Shown: in pieces, positions 1 to 11,000 of the stretch
Layout of the letters: every line of letters begins with the position of its first letter
Numbering within the stretch: position 1 is the first letter of the stretch
Source of the DNA: a virus
Lineage: Duplodnaviria > Caudoviricetes
Length of the DNA stretch: 64,000 bases
Reading direction: 5' to 3' (one strand)
Virus record (IMG/VR): IMGVR_UViG_3300014656_000027
Coordinates: 1,704-65,703 of that record
The notes under the pieces: generated by a model
What the model saw: the letters and a program-made list of their open reading frames with translations, nothing else
Database searches by the model: none
What the model was told of the DNA's origin: nothing
Position numbers and translations under genes: made by a program

Positions 1-1
1 T

Positions 2-2575
2 GATTTAGAATGGGAAGATTTAGAGGGTATAACGACACAGTTAACAGAACTTCCGATAGTAGAAGCATATAGGACTAGCGCAACACCAGGAGGATATAGA
101 GATTGGCAATTAATATTCATTTTGCCACCAAGCGATCCAGGGGCGGCAGAATTTACTATCCGAATGATAATTCCACCATCATCATCATACGAATCAGTAT
201 CGTATACTTATGATGGAATAACCGCTTATCCAAGTTCTGTAATAACAGGATTACTTAATGCCATGGATGCTAAATGGAATGAGCCTTCTACGTGCTTTAT
301 CCCTACGACATATACTTTTTGTTATTTCCCTTATACTGTGGGTATATTTCTACCAGACCCTTATACTGATTGGCAGATGGAATTTTACTATACCACTGGT
401 GCTGTCACAAATATAAATAGATACCAAACGTTAAAGACAGGGGCCACACATAATTGGGGTATCATTTACAGAGATATCGCAGGAAGAATAACTCCTGTAA
501 TAGGAGCAGATGATATAACAAAATATATCCCTTTCGCAACAGAATGGCTTGCCACTACTACAGCAGCCCCAAGTACTACAGCAGGGGCTACCACCACAGG
601 GGGAACGACAACAGCAGTAGCAACTACTACAGCAGCTCCATCATTAACCAATGCAGGTAAGAGACCGTTAATAACATTTAATATTAACCACCTACCTCCA
701 CCACAAGCGGTTACTTACGAGATAGTATATGCAGGTAATAAGTCAGTCTCGTGGTATTTGCATTTATTGGGATATAACTTTACTTACGGTAAAATAACAC
801 ATGATGAGGTTGGTAGTTCAACATTAAGTGATGTGTATAGATTAAGAATAGATAAAGCCCAGACTCGAACACGAGGAAACCTTCACAACTGGTCAGTAGA
901 GGAATATGTATGGCAGAAGGGCGATAGGATTAGAATATTTGGGAAAGTAGATGAGGCAGGGATTCTTACAGAAATCAGTGAAGCTATTTATGATGTTGAA
1001 ATCACGGGTGTTTTTACGGACACGGACACTAACACTAAAATTGGCGAGACAACAGACCCATCTACAAACGAATGGATATACTTTCCAAAGAATACCAATA
1101 TAGCATTTACCCCGACAACAGGTTTGTCACCAAATGAGTTTGTTGATAATTTATGGGTAGAGATATATCGTCCATTTACAGTAGAAACAAATTTATTCTT
1201 CACAACAGGAATGACATTTGAGATAGCCACTGACGGATTCGGAAATAGGTATCATAAAGGAGATATAGACCAGATAGTAGACATTAATGGTATATCAACC
1301 ACTCCTGCATCAATAACTAACACATCACATGACGGGTGGAAATATCAACGCAATTTCAGAAACGTATATGATAATTTAAGTTTTGCACTATGGGCAGAGA
1401 GTGAGTATGCTTCTGATTTTTACATATCAAACAAGCTGACATCACAAGGTAATCCTGTAGCAGATGTAGATAGCCAGCAGCAAAACGTATTAACGAAGAG
1501 GTTAAGACACGGAGGGATGATTAATGTTGGTTCACAGATTAATCTAATAGCTGATTTTGATTATGATGATTATCTTGACCTTAAAGATGAAGATGGGCCT
1601 ATCGAGGGGTTGCGCTTAGTGGGTTTTGTTTTAAAGGTGCTACAGTACACAAAAGTGGTGAGTATATACATTGGGCGCAAAGAATCTTTTTCCGCATCAG
1701 GGGACGCTCAATACCTGTTTACAGACAATATATTCGGTTCAGTAAGACCAGCAATGGAAGATTGGGGAACAAGACATCCAAGCAGCGTTACTGTTCACAA
1801 TCGTCACTTATATTTTTGGGACGAGAGTGAGGGTATAGTAGTTAGAGATGCAGCTAATGGAATGGAAGTTATCAGCGACAATAAAATGAAGCGATATTTC
1901 CACGACAAAGCAGTAGCATTAAGGGCTTACGCCACACAACACAATGTATGGGTGGAGTTTGCGTTCTCACAGGCTACAAATGAATTAGTTTGTTTGTTCG
2001 GCACAGGTTCAGGAACACAGGAAATAATAACCTTTAGTGAGGACGACCAGAGGTGGAAGAATCAGTTTGACATAGCCTTTGAAAGAGATATAATGTACTC
2101 AATAGGTAAGCGATTATTTCAAACAGTAAGCGCAAAAGTTTATGAATGGTGGGTAGGTTCAGGATATAACAGACTAACAGGCGTACAGGTAACTCCTAAA
2201 TTAGTAATCTATGCTATCTTAGACCCGGCTAAAGTAAAAACATTTGAAAGTATAATAGTATATCAAAACGGAGGGCGACCACAGTTTAATAATATTCAGA
2301 TACCAGAGAAAGCCACAGCAGGAGCAGAGGCAATGCAGACTAATATCTACGATGTAAACATCACAGAAAAAGAAGGAGTGTTTTATTGTCAGATATTAAG
2401 AGATATTAATACACCTGGAGTAGGTACACAGGCTTATAAAGAGATGAACGGAAGAAAGATGAGAGGGTTGTTTGCTCGTATAGAAATGAAGCCACAGAAC
2501 GCTTTAAGTCTTACAGGCAAAGTAACCATCTCTAACATAATAGTATTATCAACACCAAGCGAAAGAAGTAAATAA
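2..2575 (+). CDS. Tail stabilisation/nozzle-type structural protein, 5'-partial
   Basis: Frame is open from base 2, so the TTG at 122 is not the true start. C-terminal half (YFWDESEGIVVRDAANGMEVISDNKMKRYF...) resembles P22 gp10/crAss-type tail stabilisers; lies just before the ejection proteins. Confidence 0.65.
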   Translation, partial: DLEWEDLEGITTQLTELPIVEAYRTSATPGGYRDWQLIFILPPSDPGAAEFTIRMIIPPSSSYESVSYTYDGITAYPSSVITGLLNAMDAKWNEPSTCFIPTTYTFCYFPYTVGIFLPDPYTDWQMEFYYTTGAVTNINRYQTLKTGATHNWGIIYRDIAGRITPVIGADDITKYIPFATEWLATTTAAPSTTAGATTTGGTTTAVATTTAAPSLTNAGKRPLITFNINHLPPPQAVTYEIVYAGNKSVSWYLHLLGYNFTYGKITHDEVGSSTLSDVYRLRIDKAQTRTRGNLHNWSVEEYVWQKGDRIRIFGKVDEAGILTEISEAIYDVEITGVFTDTDTNTKIGETTDPSTNEWIYFPKNTNIAFTPTTGLSPNEFVDNLWVEIYRPFTVETNLFFTTGMTFEIATDGFGNRYHKGDIDQIVDINGISTTPASITNTSHDGWKYQRNFRNVYDNLSFALWAESEYASDFYISNKLTSQGNPVADVDSQQQNVLTKRLRHGGMINVGSQINLIADFDYDDYLDLKDEDGPIEGLRLVGFVLKVLQYTKVVSIYIGRKESFSASGDAQYLFTDNIFGSVRPAMEDWGTRHPSSVTVHNRHLYFWDESEGIVVRDAANGMEVISDNKMKRYFHDKAVALRAYATQHNVWVEFAFSQATNELVCLFGTGSGTQEIITFSEDDQRWKNQFDIAFERDIMYSIGKRLFQTVSAKVYEWWVGSGYNRLTGVQVTPKLVIYAILDPAKVKTFESIIVYQNGGRPQFNNIQIPEKATAGAEAMQTNIYDVNITEKEGVFYCQILRDINTPGVGTQAYKEMNGRKMRGLFARIEMKPQNALSLTGKVTISNIIVLSTPSERSK
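554..643 (+). repeat. Thr/Ala-rich low-complexity linker (TTTAAPSTTAGATTTGGTTTAVATTTAAPS) in the tail protein
   Basis: Read directly from the translation; TTTAAP occurs twice. Confidence 0.85.
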
Positions 2576-2591
2576 TTAAAAATATAAAGTC

Positions 2592-3386
2592 ATGCCACTA
2601 CCATTATTAGCAGTAGGAGCTCTAGCAGGAGCAGGAGCAAAATTAGTAGGGAACATCTTCTCAGGCATTCAAGGAAATCGCATGGGTAGAAAACAGATGC
2701 GTATGGGACAAGATATGATCAACGAAGCTCAAAAGCTATCAGCAGCATATCAGCGTCCAGAGATGCAGACTCCCGAAGCCATTAAGATGCAAATGGAGAT
2801 GGCACAAGGACGTCAATTTCAGAATATGCCCGGGTTTACACAGATGCAGAATCAAATCAATCAAGCCACAGCAGGAGGCGTTAATGCTATGCAGCAGATG
2901 GGCACAGGATCAGAAGCATTTGGAGGAGTAGCTAATCTATACGCCAACCAGATGAATCAACAAAGTCAGAACTCCATACAGAACGCACAATTTCAGAATC
3001 AAGCACAAGACCAGTATCAGGGATTATTAGGCAATCTAGGTAATTGGCAGCAACAAGCATGGCAATGGAATGAAGCCGATCCTTATATGCAAGCACAACA
3101 AAAAGCAGCTCAACTTGAAATGATGGGCAGGCAAGGACAGTGGGAAGGAATGAAAAACAAAATGGGTTCATGGGCTGAGACATTTCAAGGAGCTGGAGAT
3201 GCATTAGGTGATATGGCTCCACAATTAGCAGCGTCAGGACTATTTGGTGGAGGTGGAAAGGGAGCAACAGGATTGCTTGGTGGCATAGGCGGATTATTTG
3301 GTGGTGGGGGAGGATTGCTTAGTGGTGTAGCATCCGAAGAATCAGCAAGAATTGAGGCAGCACTAAAAGATAGATACACAGGTTAA
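2592..3386 (+). CDS. Putative DNA-ejection/internal virion protein (Gly/Gln/Met-rich)
   Basis: Hydrophobic Gly/Ala N-terminus, Q/M-rich coiled region, Gly-rich C-terminus; first of three genes of increasing size after the tail gene (T7 gp14-16-like layout). Confidence 0.6.
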   Translation: MPLPLLAVGALAGAGAKLVGNIFSGIQGNRMGRKQMRMGQDMINEAQKLSAAYQRPEMQTPEAIKMQMEMAQGRQFQNMPGFTQMQNQINQATAGGVNAMQQMGTGSEAFGGVANLYANQMNQQSQNSIQNAQFQNQAQDQYQGLLGNLGNWQQQAWQWNEADPYMQAQQKAAQLEMMGRQGQWEGMKNKMGSWAETFQGAGDALGDMAPQLAASGLFGGGGKGATGLLGGIGGLFGGGGGLLSGVASEESARIEAALKDRYTG

Positions 3387-3402
3387 TTAAAATATATCAA
3401 CA

Positions 3403-5034
3403 ATGGCAAGAGGAACTAATGTAAGTAATGTCAATTTCAGCATACCAGAAGGTGCTGATCCAATGGGGATAGGTATTCCTGATCTTGGTAAGAGTTCCTA
3501 TGACCCTATTGCAACTATTAAAAGGGGATGGGAGAAAGACCGTGAGGATAGGGCAATAAAAAATGCTGAACGTAGAGAAGAGTGGAAGGAGCAGAAGAAA
3601 GCTATACCCACATTTGAATCAGTGAACGCTAAGATAGCAGGCATTCTCAACCAAAAAGCAGTTAAATTAGGAAGTTATGTAGACCAACAATATAAAGCAG
3701 GCATGTTCGCACCATGGGCAAAGAGTGGCGAGGTGGATAAAGACGGCAAAAGAACATCCACATGGCAGGAGATGCAGCGACTAGAGAGTGAATTAGCCAG
3801 CGAGGGAGAGGCATATAATAGATTATTGCCAGCATACCAAAAAGCAGAAGCAATAATTAACGACCCCACAAAAAACAAACAGGTTGATTGGGATATTACT
3901 AAAAAGAGAATGGATCAATTCAAAAACGGATCGTTAGAAGAGATGGCAGATGTTGCACCAAAATTAGTTGCATTTAAGCCAGATCAGATAAATTTACAAA
4001 AAGAGTTTATGTCTATTCTTGGGGATTATATTACACCTGATTCCGAACCTGTAATAACAAAGGCATTTGACCCTTCAACAGGAAAACTTTTAGTTAGAGA
4101 AAGTACATCAAAAGATCAAGCTATATTACTTAGAAACACTACAAGTGCTATTAAAGATATGTTAGGCAGGGATGATGAGTATTCTAATGCTATGAAAAAC
4201 CAATATGATATGGTAAAACCAAAAACAAAAGATGGTGTGCCTATTGATATTGTAACTTATTGGGTAGGAGAAAAAATACCAGACTACGGAGAAAAAGTAA
4301 AAAACACTTGGGTAGCACCAGCAGGAGAAGGAACAGGTAAACAAAATGCTAATACACGAAGTATGCTGGGAGGCAATAAGAAGAATGCAGACGGTATATG
4401 GGAGTTCTCAGGCGCAGGCACAATGGAAATAACAAGAGAAGACCCTGCTGTTGAGGGGGGGATAGTAAAAGAAAAACACGCATCAGCGGCAACGGTTGAG
4501 TTTTCGGGTATAGCAGACAAGGTGTTCCCCGCTACTACGTCTCAGAATGTTTATAATCAACAGACAGGTGAAAAGATGGCCGCAGATATGGTTATCCACG
4601 AGCAACCCGTTAACGCTAAATTATTAGCAGTAGCATCATCAGATATAGACTACGACACACCAGAAGGACTACATAAGAAAATAAAAAAAGGAGAACTTAT
4701 CCCGGAAGCTATTTATAACAGAGAAAGCTTTCCTAAAAGCGATATGAATTGGGATTGGTACGTAACATCATCATCACAGGTAAAGAAAACAGAGGGGGAA
4801 TATGAGTTCGACCCAACTTATAACATGACCACCGTACGACCATGGAAAGATATTGAAGCTGCATTCTTACAGAAGGTATCAGGCAAGCATGATGTTAAAG
4901 GACTAGCAGAGGCTATGGATGAAATGAAGCAACAAAAGAATAATGAAAGGTCTAAGAATTATAATATTTTCAAAGGACTGACACCGAAAGAAAAGGCGGT
5001 TGAAATCAAAACGTTAAAAGAAAAATTGTTTTAA
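3403..5034 (+). CDS. Putative internal virion/ejection protein
   Basis: 543 aa charged helical protein between the Gly-rich ejection protein and the giant cargo protein; call is positional. Confidence 0.5.
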   Translation: MARGTNVSNVNFSIPEGADPMGIGIPDLGKSSYDPIATIKRGWEKDREDRAIKNAERREEWKEQKKAIPTFESVNAKIAGILNQKAVKLGSYVDQQYKAGMFAPWAKSGEVDKDGKRTSTWQEMQRLESELASEGEAYNRLLPAYQKAEAIINDPTKNKQVDWDITKKRMDQFKNGSLEEMADVAPKLVAFKPDQINLQKEFMSILGDYITPDSEPVITKAFDPSTGKLLVRESTSKDQAILLRNTTSAIKDMLGRDDEYSNAMKNQYDMVKPKTKDGVPIDIVTYWVGEKIPDYGEKVKNTWVAPAGEGTGKQNANTRSMLGGNKKNADGIWEFSGAGTMEITREDPAVEGGIVKEKHASAATVEFSGIADKVFPATTSQNVYNQQTGEKMAADMVIHEQPVNAKLLAVASSDIDYDTPEGLHKKIKKGELIPEAIYNRESFPKSDMNWDWYVTSSSQVKKTEGEYEFDPTYNMTTVRPWKDIEAAFLQKVSGKHDVKGLAEAMDEMKQQKNNERSKNYNIFKGLTPKEKAVEIKTLKEKLF

Positions 5035-5046
5035 ATAATAATACTA

Positions 5047-8000
5047 ATGGCTGATCAAGAGAAATCAATTCGTGATGTTTTTAAGAAGGAGAAAGATAAT
5101 TTCCTTGCTGACGACAGATTCAAATCATTAAGTGATGAGAATAAAAAAGTGGCGTTGAGTCGATTTTTTGACAGCTATGGATATGATTACCTAAAGAACT
5201 CCCGCATTACAGATAAGGACTTACAGGATGCCTTAAAAGAAGAATGGGTAGAGGACACATATAAGATAGCATTAACTCCCTCTGAAAAAAAAAAGGCAGA
5301 AATTTCTGGAGAAACTGCAAGCGATACTGGAGAAAGTTCTGGGGATATTCCATTAAAAGAGCAGGAAGACTTTTCTACTATTTCATTATTAGAGGAGCAA
5401 GCTAAAACATTAGATTCTTTAGCAAACCAAAGAGACGGTTGGTTAAAAGGGTTTAAGGACAGGCTATCAGAAGGAGTACCAGAAGAAGGTAAACTAGCTA
5501 AAACAGACGAAGAATACGAACAAAAATTTAACGACTGGGCATCTAAACTAAAAAAGACTCAATTAGATTTAACAGAAAATATTGAACGGTTTAACAAAAA
5601 ATCAGAAGGTGATCCACAGCCTTTAACCAAAAAAGAACAAGCGTTCAAAGCATCACCATTCCAAGGAGTGAGTTTCAACTTCATAGAAAAAATGCGCCCA
5701 GAAGAAGGTAAAAAATTCTGGGATACTTATGTCGGGGATATGATTGAGCGTATAGGTGCAGGAGGGGCTACAGCAGTAGAGGGTCTTTCTAGCTTACAAA
5801 ATATGCCTTATAAAGTTGCTATTAATAAAGCAACGCAAGGATTAGACCCTAAACTAAGAAAAGACATTGCGGACATTTATTTATCATCCATTCCGGCAAC
5901 AGCTAGTAACCAAGCTACTCAGGAATATTTTAAAGAAAAAGCAAAAGGATTAAGAGGTAAGTCAGACAGATATGAAGGGAAAGATTTCACCCAATTATGG
6001 AAGGAAGATAAGGGAGCTGCTCTAGGAGAATTATTTCTCACAGCGTCCGAATCTATTCCAATATCAGCAGCGGCTATGTTTGGAGGGGCGCCTGGATTAG
6101 TTGTCTTAGGACTTATAGCGGGGGCAGGTAAGTATGACGAATTAAGCTACCCAGAACCACCTACGGCAGGAAACTATAACGAAATAAACTTTCCAGATAT
6201 TAGCGTTCCTGATGATGAAATAAAAGACTACATCAATAAAACAAATATGGGAGAGGTGGCTAAACTTACTAATGCGGTAGCCACAGGTGCATTTGAATAT
6301 CTTTCTGAAAGGTTAGGATCTAAAGCGTTTGGTGATTATATAGTAGAATCAATAAGTAAAATAGGAGGAGAAGCAACAAAAGATGTAATAAAAACAGGGA
6401 TTTCAAAATGGACAGCTAAGATGTTTGAGAAGTTTGGCTTAGCCTTTGGTCCTGTCATAGAAGGTGGTGAAGAGGGGGTAAATAAATTAGCAGAAAACAC
6501 AGTAGATTATTTCACAGGGGTAACCGATAAATGGGAAATAACAAAAGATGTAAAAAAGAGTTTTTGGTATGGATTTGCAGGCGGAACGCAGTTCTCAATG
6601 GCTGCCGCAGGTCCTATTATGTACGGTAAGATAAAACAAATAGATGAACTCAACACAGCTAAAAGCGATATTAAGACAGCTATAGATGGGTACATAAAAG
6701 CAAGACAGCATAAAGACGGTAGGGTATATGAAGTTATACATCCTGAAACAAAAGAGTATAATTACATTTTAGAAGGCGATCCTACAAATCCTAAAGGAGA
6801 TTTCGTGCTTGTGGACAACACGGGAAAAATATCAAACGTAAACGAAATAGACACTAAAACAGTTTTGTCTAGGGATAATATAGATAAGTTCTCAGAGTAT
6901 CTATATGAAAAATCTATTAAAGAATTAAAAGATAAAACAACACCGACTAATATAAAAGAAGGAGAGCAGTTTAATGCTAAGGAATTTGGTTATACGGTTA
7001 ACAAAATATTAGGAGAGTTTGCAGAAGTTGAAGTGTTAAACACCACAACAAATCAAACACAGATAGATTTAATACCGTTAGAAGAACTCAAGATATTAAA
7101 AACCCAAGGAGAGACAGATTTAAACAAACGAATAGAGGGAATTAAATTAACGCCAAAACCAGTTAAAAACGAAGCCCCTACAGAAGATATTAAACCAGAC
7201 GCCCCAATAGCAGAGAAACCAGCAGAGGCGACTAAACCCGTCGAAGCCACAACTAAAGAAGATATAAAAGCAACGGAAGAATTACTAGGCGATTTCACAC
7301 AGATAGAGACGGTTAAAGAAACAAAAGAAGGATTAGTGCTCACACGTGTAACAAGACCAGATGGTAGCGAGGAGCTTATCACAATATCTAAAAAACAGGC
7401 ATCGTTAGCACAGGAGATAATTGATGAGAGAGCAGCAGTAAAGCCAGAAGCACCAGTAGTTGAGAAGCCACAGGAAGAAGTTAAGTCAGTTAAAAAAGAG
7501 GAGAAGCCACCAGAGCCAAAAACTAAAGTAAAAGAGGCGATGGTTAAGCCATTAACTGTATTACGTCAAGAGTTAGATGATATGAAAGCCCAAAAAGCTA
7601 GAGGTAGTAAAGACGAAGGACTTGATGCCAAGATAGCAGAATGGGAGGAAGAAATAAAATTACAGGAAGAGCTTAGCATCCCAGAGGAGAAAGGTAGAAC
7701 GGAAGAGGTTGTTGAGACAGAGAAGCCCCCTGAAAAAGAAACAGACGCTTCAAGAATACAGCAAATAAAAAACAGTATTCGAGAAGGGGAGATGATATTA
7801 AAGTCCGGTAAGAAAGTCAGCGGAGAGAAGATGACTCCCGAAGAGCTAGATCATGTAAGACGTAGTGTGGAAAGTGCGAAAGCTAAATTAGAACCCCAAG
7901 ACAAACTAGAAACACTCAAAAAAGAATACGAAAGCAAACCCGTAGAGGAATTAGTAGCATTAAAGAAAAAGCTATATCCTAGTCCGGATATTGAATCTGC

Positions 8001-11000
8001 TATGACACCAGAAGAAAAGCTTCTCACACAGGTTATAGCGGATAAGTTTAGTAAGGTTAATGCAGAGGTGGTGGAGAAGAGGAAAAAGAAGGAAAATGCT
8101 AATTTAGAAGAAGATAAAAATAAAGCGGAGACGCCAAAGAAAGCATTTCCAAAGACTGTTCGTGAATTATCTAATTTAGAGGCAGAAGAACAATCTGGTC
8201 TTTTATCGGGAGCTGTATTCTCTACAATGGAGCAGGGAGATACCATTAAACTTGGACGTGATAAAACAATCACCGTGACTAAAAAAACTAAGCCATCAAA
8301 ACAAACTTACGCCAAATTAATAAATGGGAAGAAGTACGAGGGTAGCTATGATAGAATTACTTTAGCATTAACTGATAGCAAAGGGAAGAAATATTCTGCT
8401 GATCTTTGGTTTAACTGGGTTCAGAACGGTCAAAAAATGGTTAGTAGGTGGGTGCGTAAAGGAGAAACACGAAAATCAGACCCGTGGGGTAATCTATCAA
8501 GAGATATTGAAGCGGATATTACTGTTGACCTATTGAATGAAAATAATCAGTTCCACGATGTTTCAGATAGTTTCAAGAGAGTTCAAAAATACCTTGACAC
8601 TTCTGATGCAAACCTTGAGGGTTCAAACCTTGATACTTCCAAGATAAAAACAAAACAGGAAGATACTATTAAGCCACCTGTAAAAGAAGCACCGAAGAAA
8701 GAAGCACCAAAGCCAAAAACCCGTGTAACTAAAAATAACATAGCACAGGATATTGAAAGAGAAAACAAGGCTATTAGAGATGAGGTTATTGGTACAATTG
8801 AAAAGTTCAATGATATAGTATTCAGTAAAGAGCAAAAGGAAAAAATAGCAGAGTTAGAGAATAATACGAGCTTCAATATTTATGCAATGGAGTTAGACAC
8901 TTCATTAGAAGATGAAACTATGTTAGCTAAGATTAAAGCGGCAGGTATTGATTTTAATGAAGGTATGATTACCATTAAATTCAAAGACAAAGGCGAATAT
9001 AAATTTCCTGCTAATAGTATTCCTGAAATGCTAAAGAGTATTACCAAAGGATACCCAATAAAAGGAGAAAGCGCGATGCTGTATCCAAGGGCATCAACAA
9101 ACGCCCCAATGCCAAAGAAAGCATACATAAGCGAAAAGGTAGATGGTAAGTACCGAACTAAAGAGGAAATGATAGCAGAGGTTAAGCAGAGATACCAAGA
9201 TATGCTTGATAATATTGAGATGGCTAAAAAGATGAAAGCCCCTGCCGCCACCATAAAAATATTTGAAAAGGAGCTAGAGCATCTACGAGAATTAGCCCAG
9301 TATGTTGAGAATACAGACTTTGAGTTAAAAGATTTAACTGAGCGTGCGGCTACATATTTCGCAGAAAGATTTCCTACTACAAGTTTGAGTGGTAGCGAAA
9401 TTGGAAATGCTTACCGACTACTTGAAAAGTATGGCCAATTATCTATTGATTTAAAAGACGGAATTGAATTTGTTGTTGATGTTCTTTCTGAATATGAGAA
9501 GGTAACAACAAATGTAGAGGAAACTATTAAAGCTAAAAGAGCAGAGTTAAAACAAGTTCAATCAGAGCTTGATGATAAATTTATGCGCAAGGATGGTAAT
9601 GGTTATAAGCAGCCTAAAAATAATAATGAGGAAGGGGAATTACAAAGAGGTAAAAACAGAATTTCCTCGCTTGAAAAATCAATTACTGCATTAGGAGAAA
9701 CAAAAATCATTAAAAAAGCACAGGAACATGAAAGAATCAAAACTATTGGAGACAGCGAAGCTTTTGAAAGCGAAGCACAATCTCTTAGCGACCAAGCAGA
9801 AAATTCAAACGAAGTTGGAGAGCTTGAAGAACTCAGCGAAAAAGTAGATACACTTATTGAAGGTGTAGATAGTACGGTAAGCGATATTCAGACAGGGAAA
9901 GAGCCTTGGGAAATGACCAAGGAGGCATTCGGTCTCATCCCAAGATTTCATCAACATCTGTTTGCTGGTAAAATGGGTATCGAAAAAGATGTCAGAATAA
10001 GAGATAAATCAACGCAATCATTAATTGACAAAACGAGCAAGCAAACTAAAGGAGAAACAGGAGAACAATCACCCAATGAATTTTATGCAGACGGAAGAGA
10101 TTTACACAAAGAGATAGTAATGAAAGCCCTGTCCGAAGGTAAAGAAGTACCAGCAGATGTATTAGCGGATTACCCTGAGTTTGCAGAAAAACCTGTTACT
10201 TGGAAACCAGAAGACCTTGATTACGAAATAGCTTACCGAGCATATTCAGCTATAAGTTTTGATCCTGAAAAGAGAGCAGAACAGACACAGAAAGACTATG
10301 TAGCATCTATGGATGCTATGTATAAGAAACTTTCTGCAATAGCTAAGTCACCAGAACAGATAGCTGAGACGTGGAAGCAAATGCAAATCTATAAAGATGG
10401 TTATTTGAAGCACGAAAAAGCTTATCTAGCAGCAAAAGGGCGTACAATGAGTTCTATGATTACAGGCCCCGCTAATTTCCCTGTTGAAAGAAATCGTAAA
10501 GCATTGGCGGCAGAACAAAAAAGGGGTGAAGAATTTATTGAGTGGGATAAGAAGAATGAGAAGAGAGCCATAGCAGCAGTAAGAGGTGAAGCACCGCAAG
10601 AACAAAAGGATGCCGAACACAAAAATACTATTCTAAGAACCATCGACGATAAGTTAGCAACCATAATATCCATTGATACAGGGAAGAATCTCTATACATC
10701 ACGTCAATTAATTGTCAGTAATCTATCTGGATTCATAAAAAGGATAGCCAAGAATGGGCAAGTAGATGATGTCAAACTGATTATGGATCATATCAAAACC
10801 GTTCAAAAAGACCTTAAGAAGCCAATATTTTCAGCTAACAATCCTATTTGGAATTTAGAAAGCACAATGCAACCCAAAGAAGATTTAACTAATAAAGAAT
10901 CACAGACTATTGGAAAATATAAAGGTGTAGAAATAGTTAATAACCACGCCATAGAACGAGTACAATTATTATTCGATGATAAGCCAAGCGAAGAGGTAAG

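Noticed and set aside
122-124. TTG start of the first ORF
   Set aside because: The frame is open back to base 2; the gene starts outside the window.
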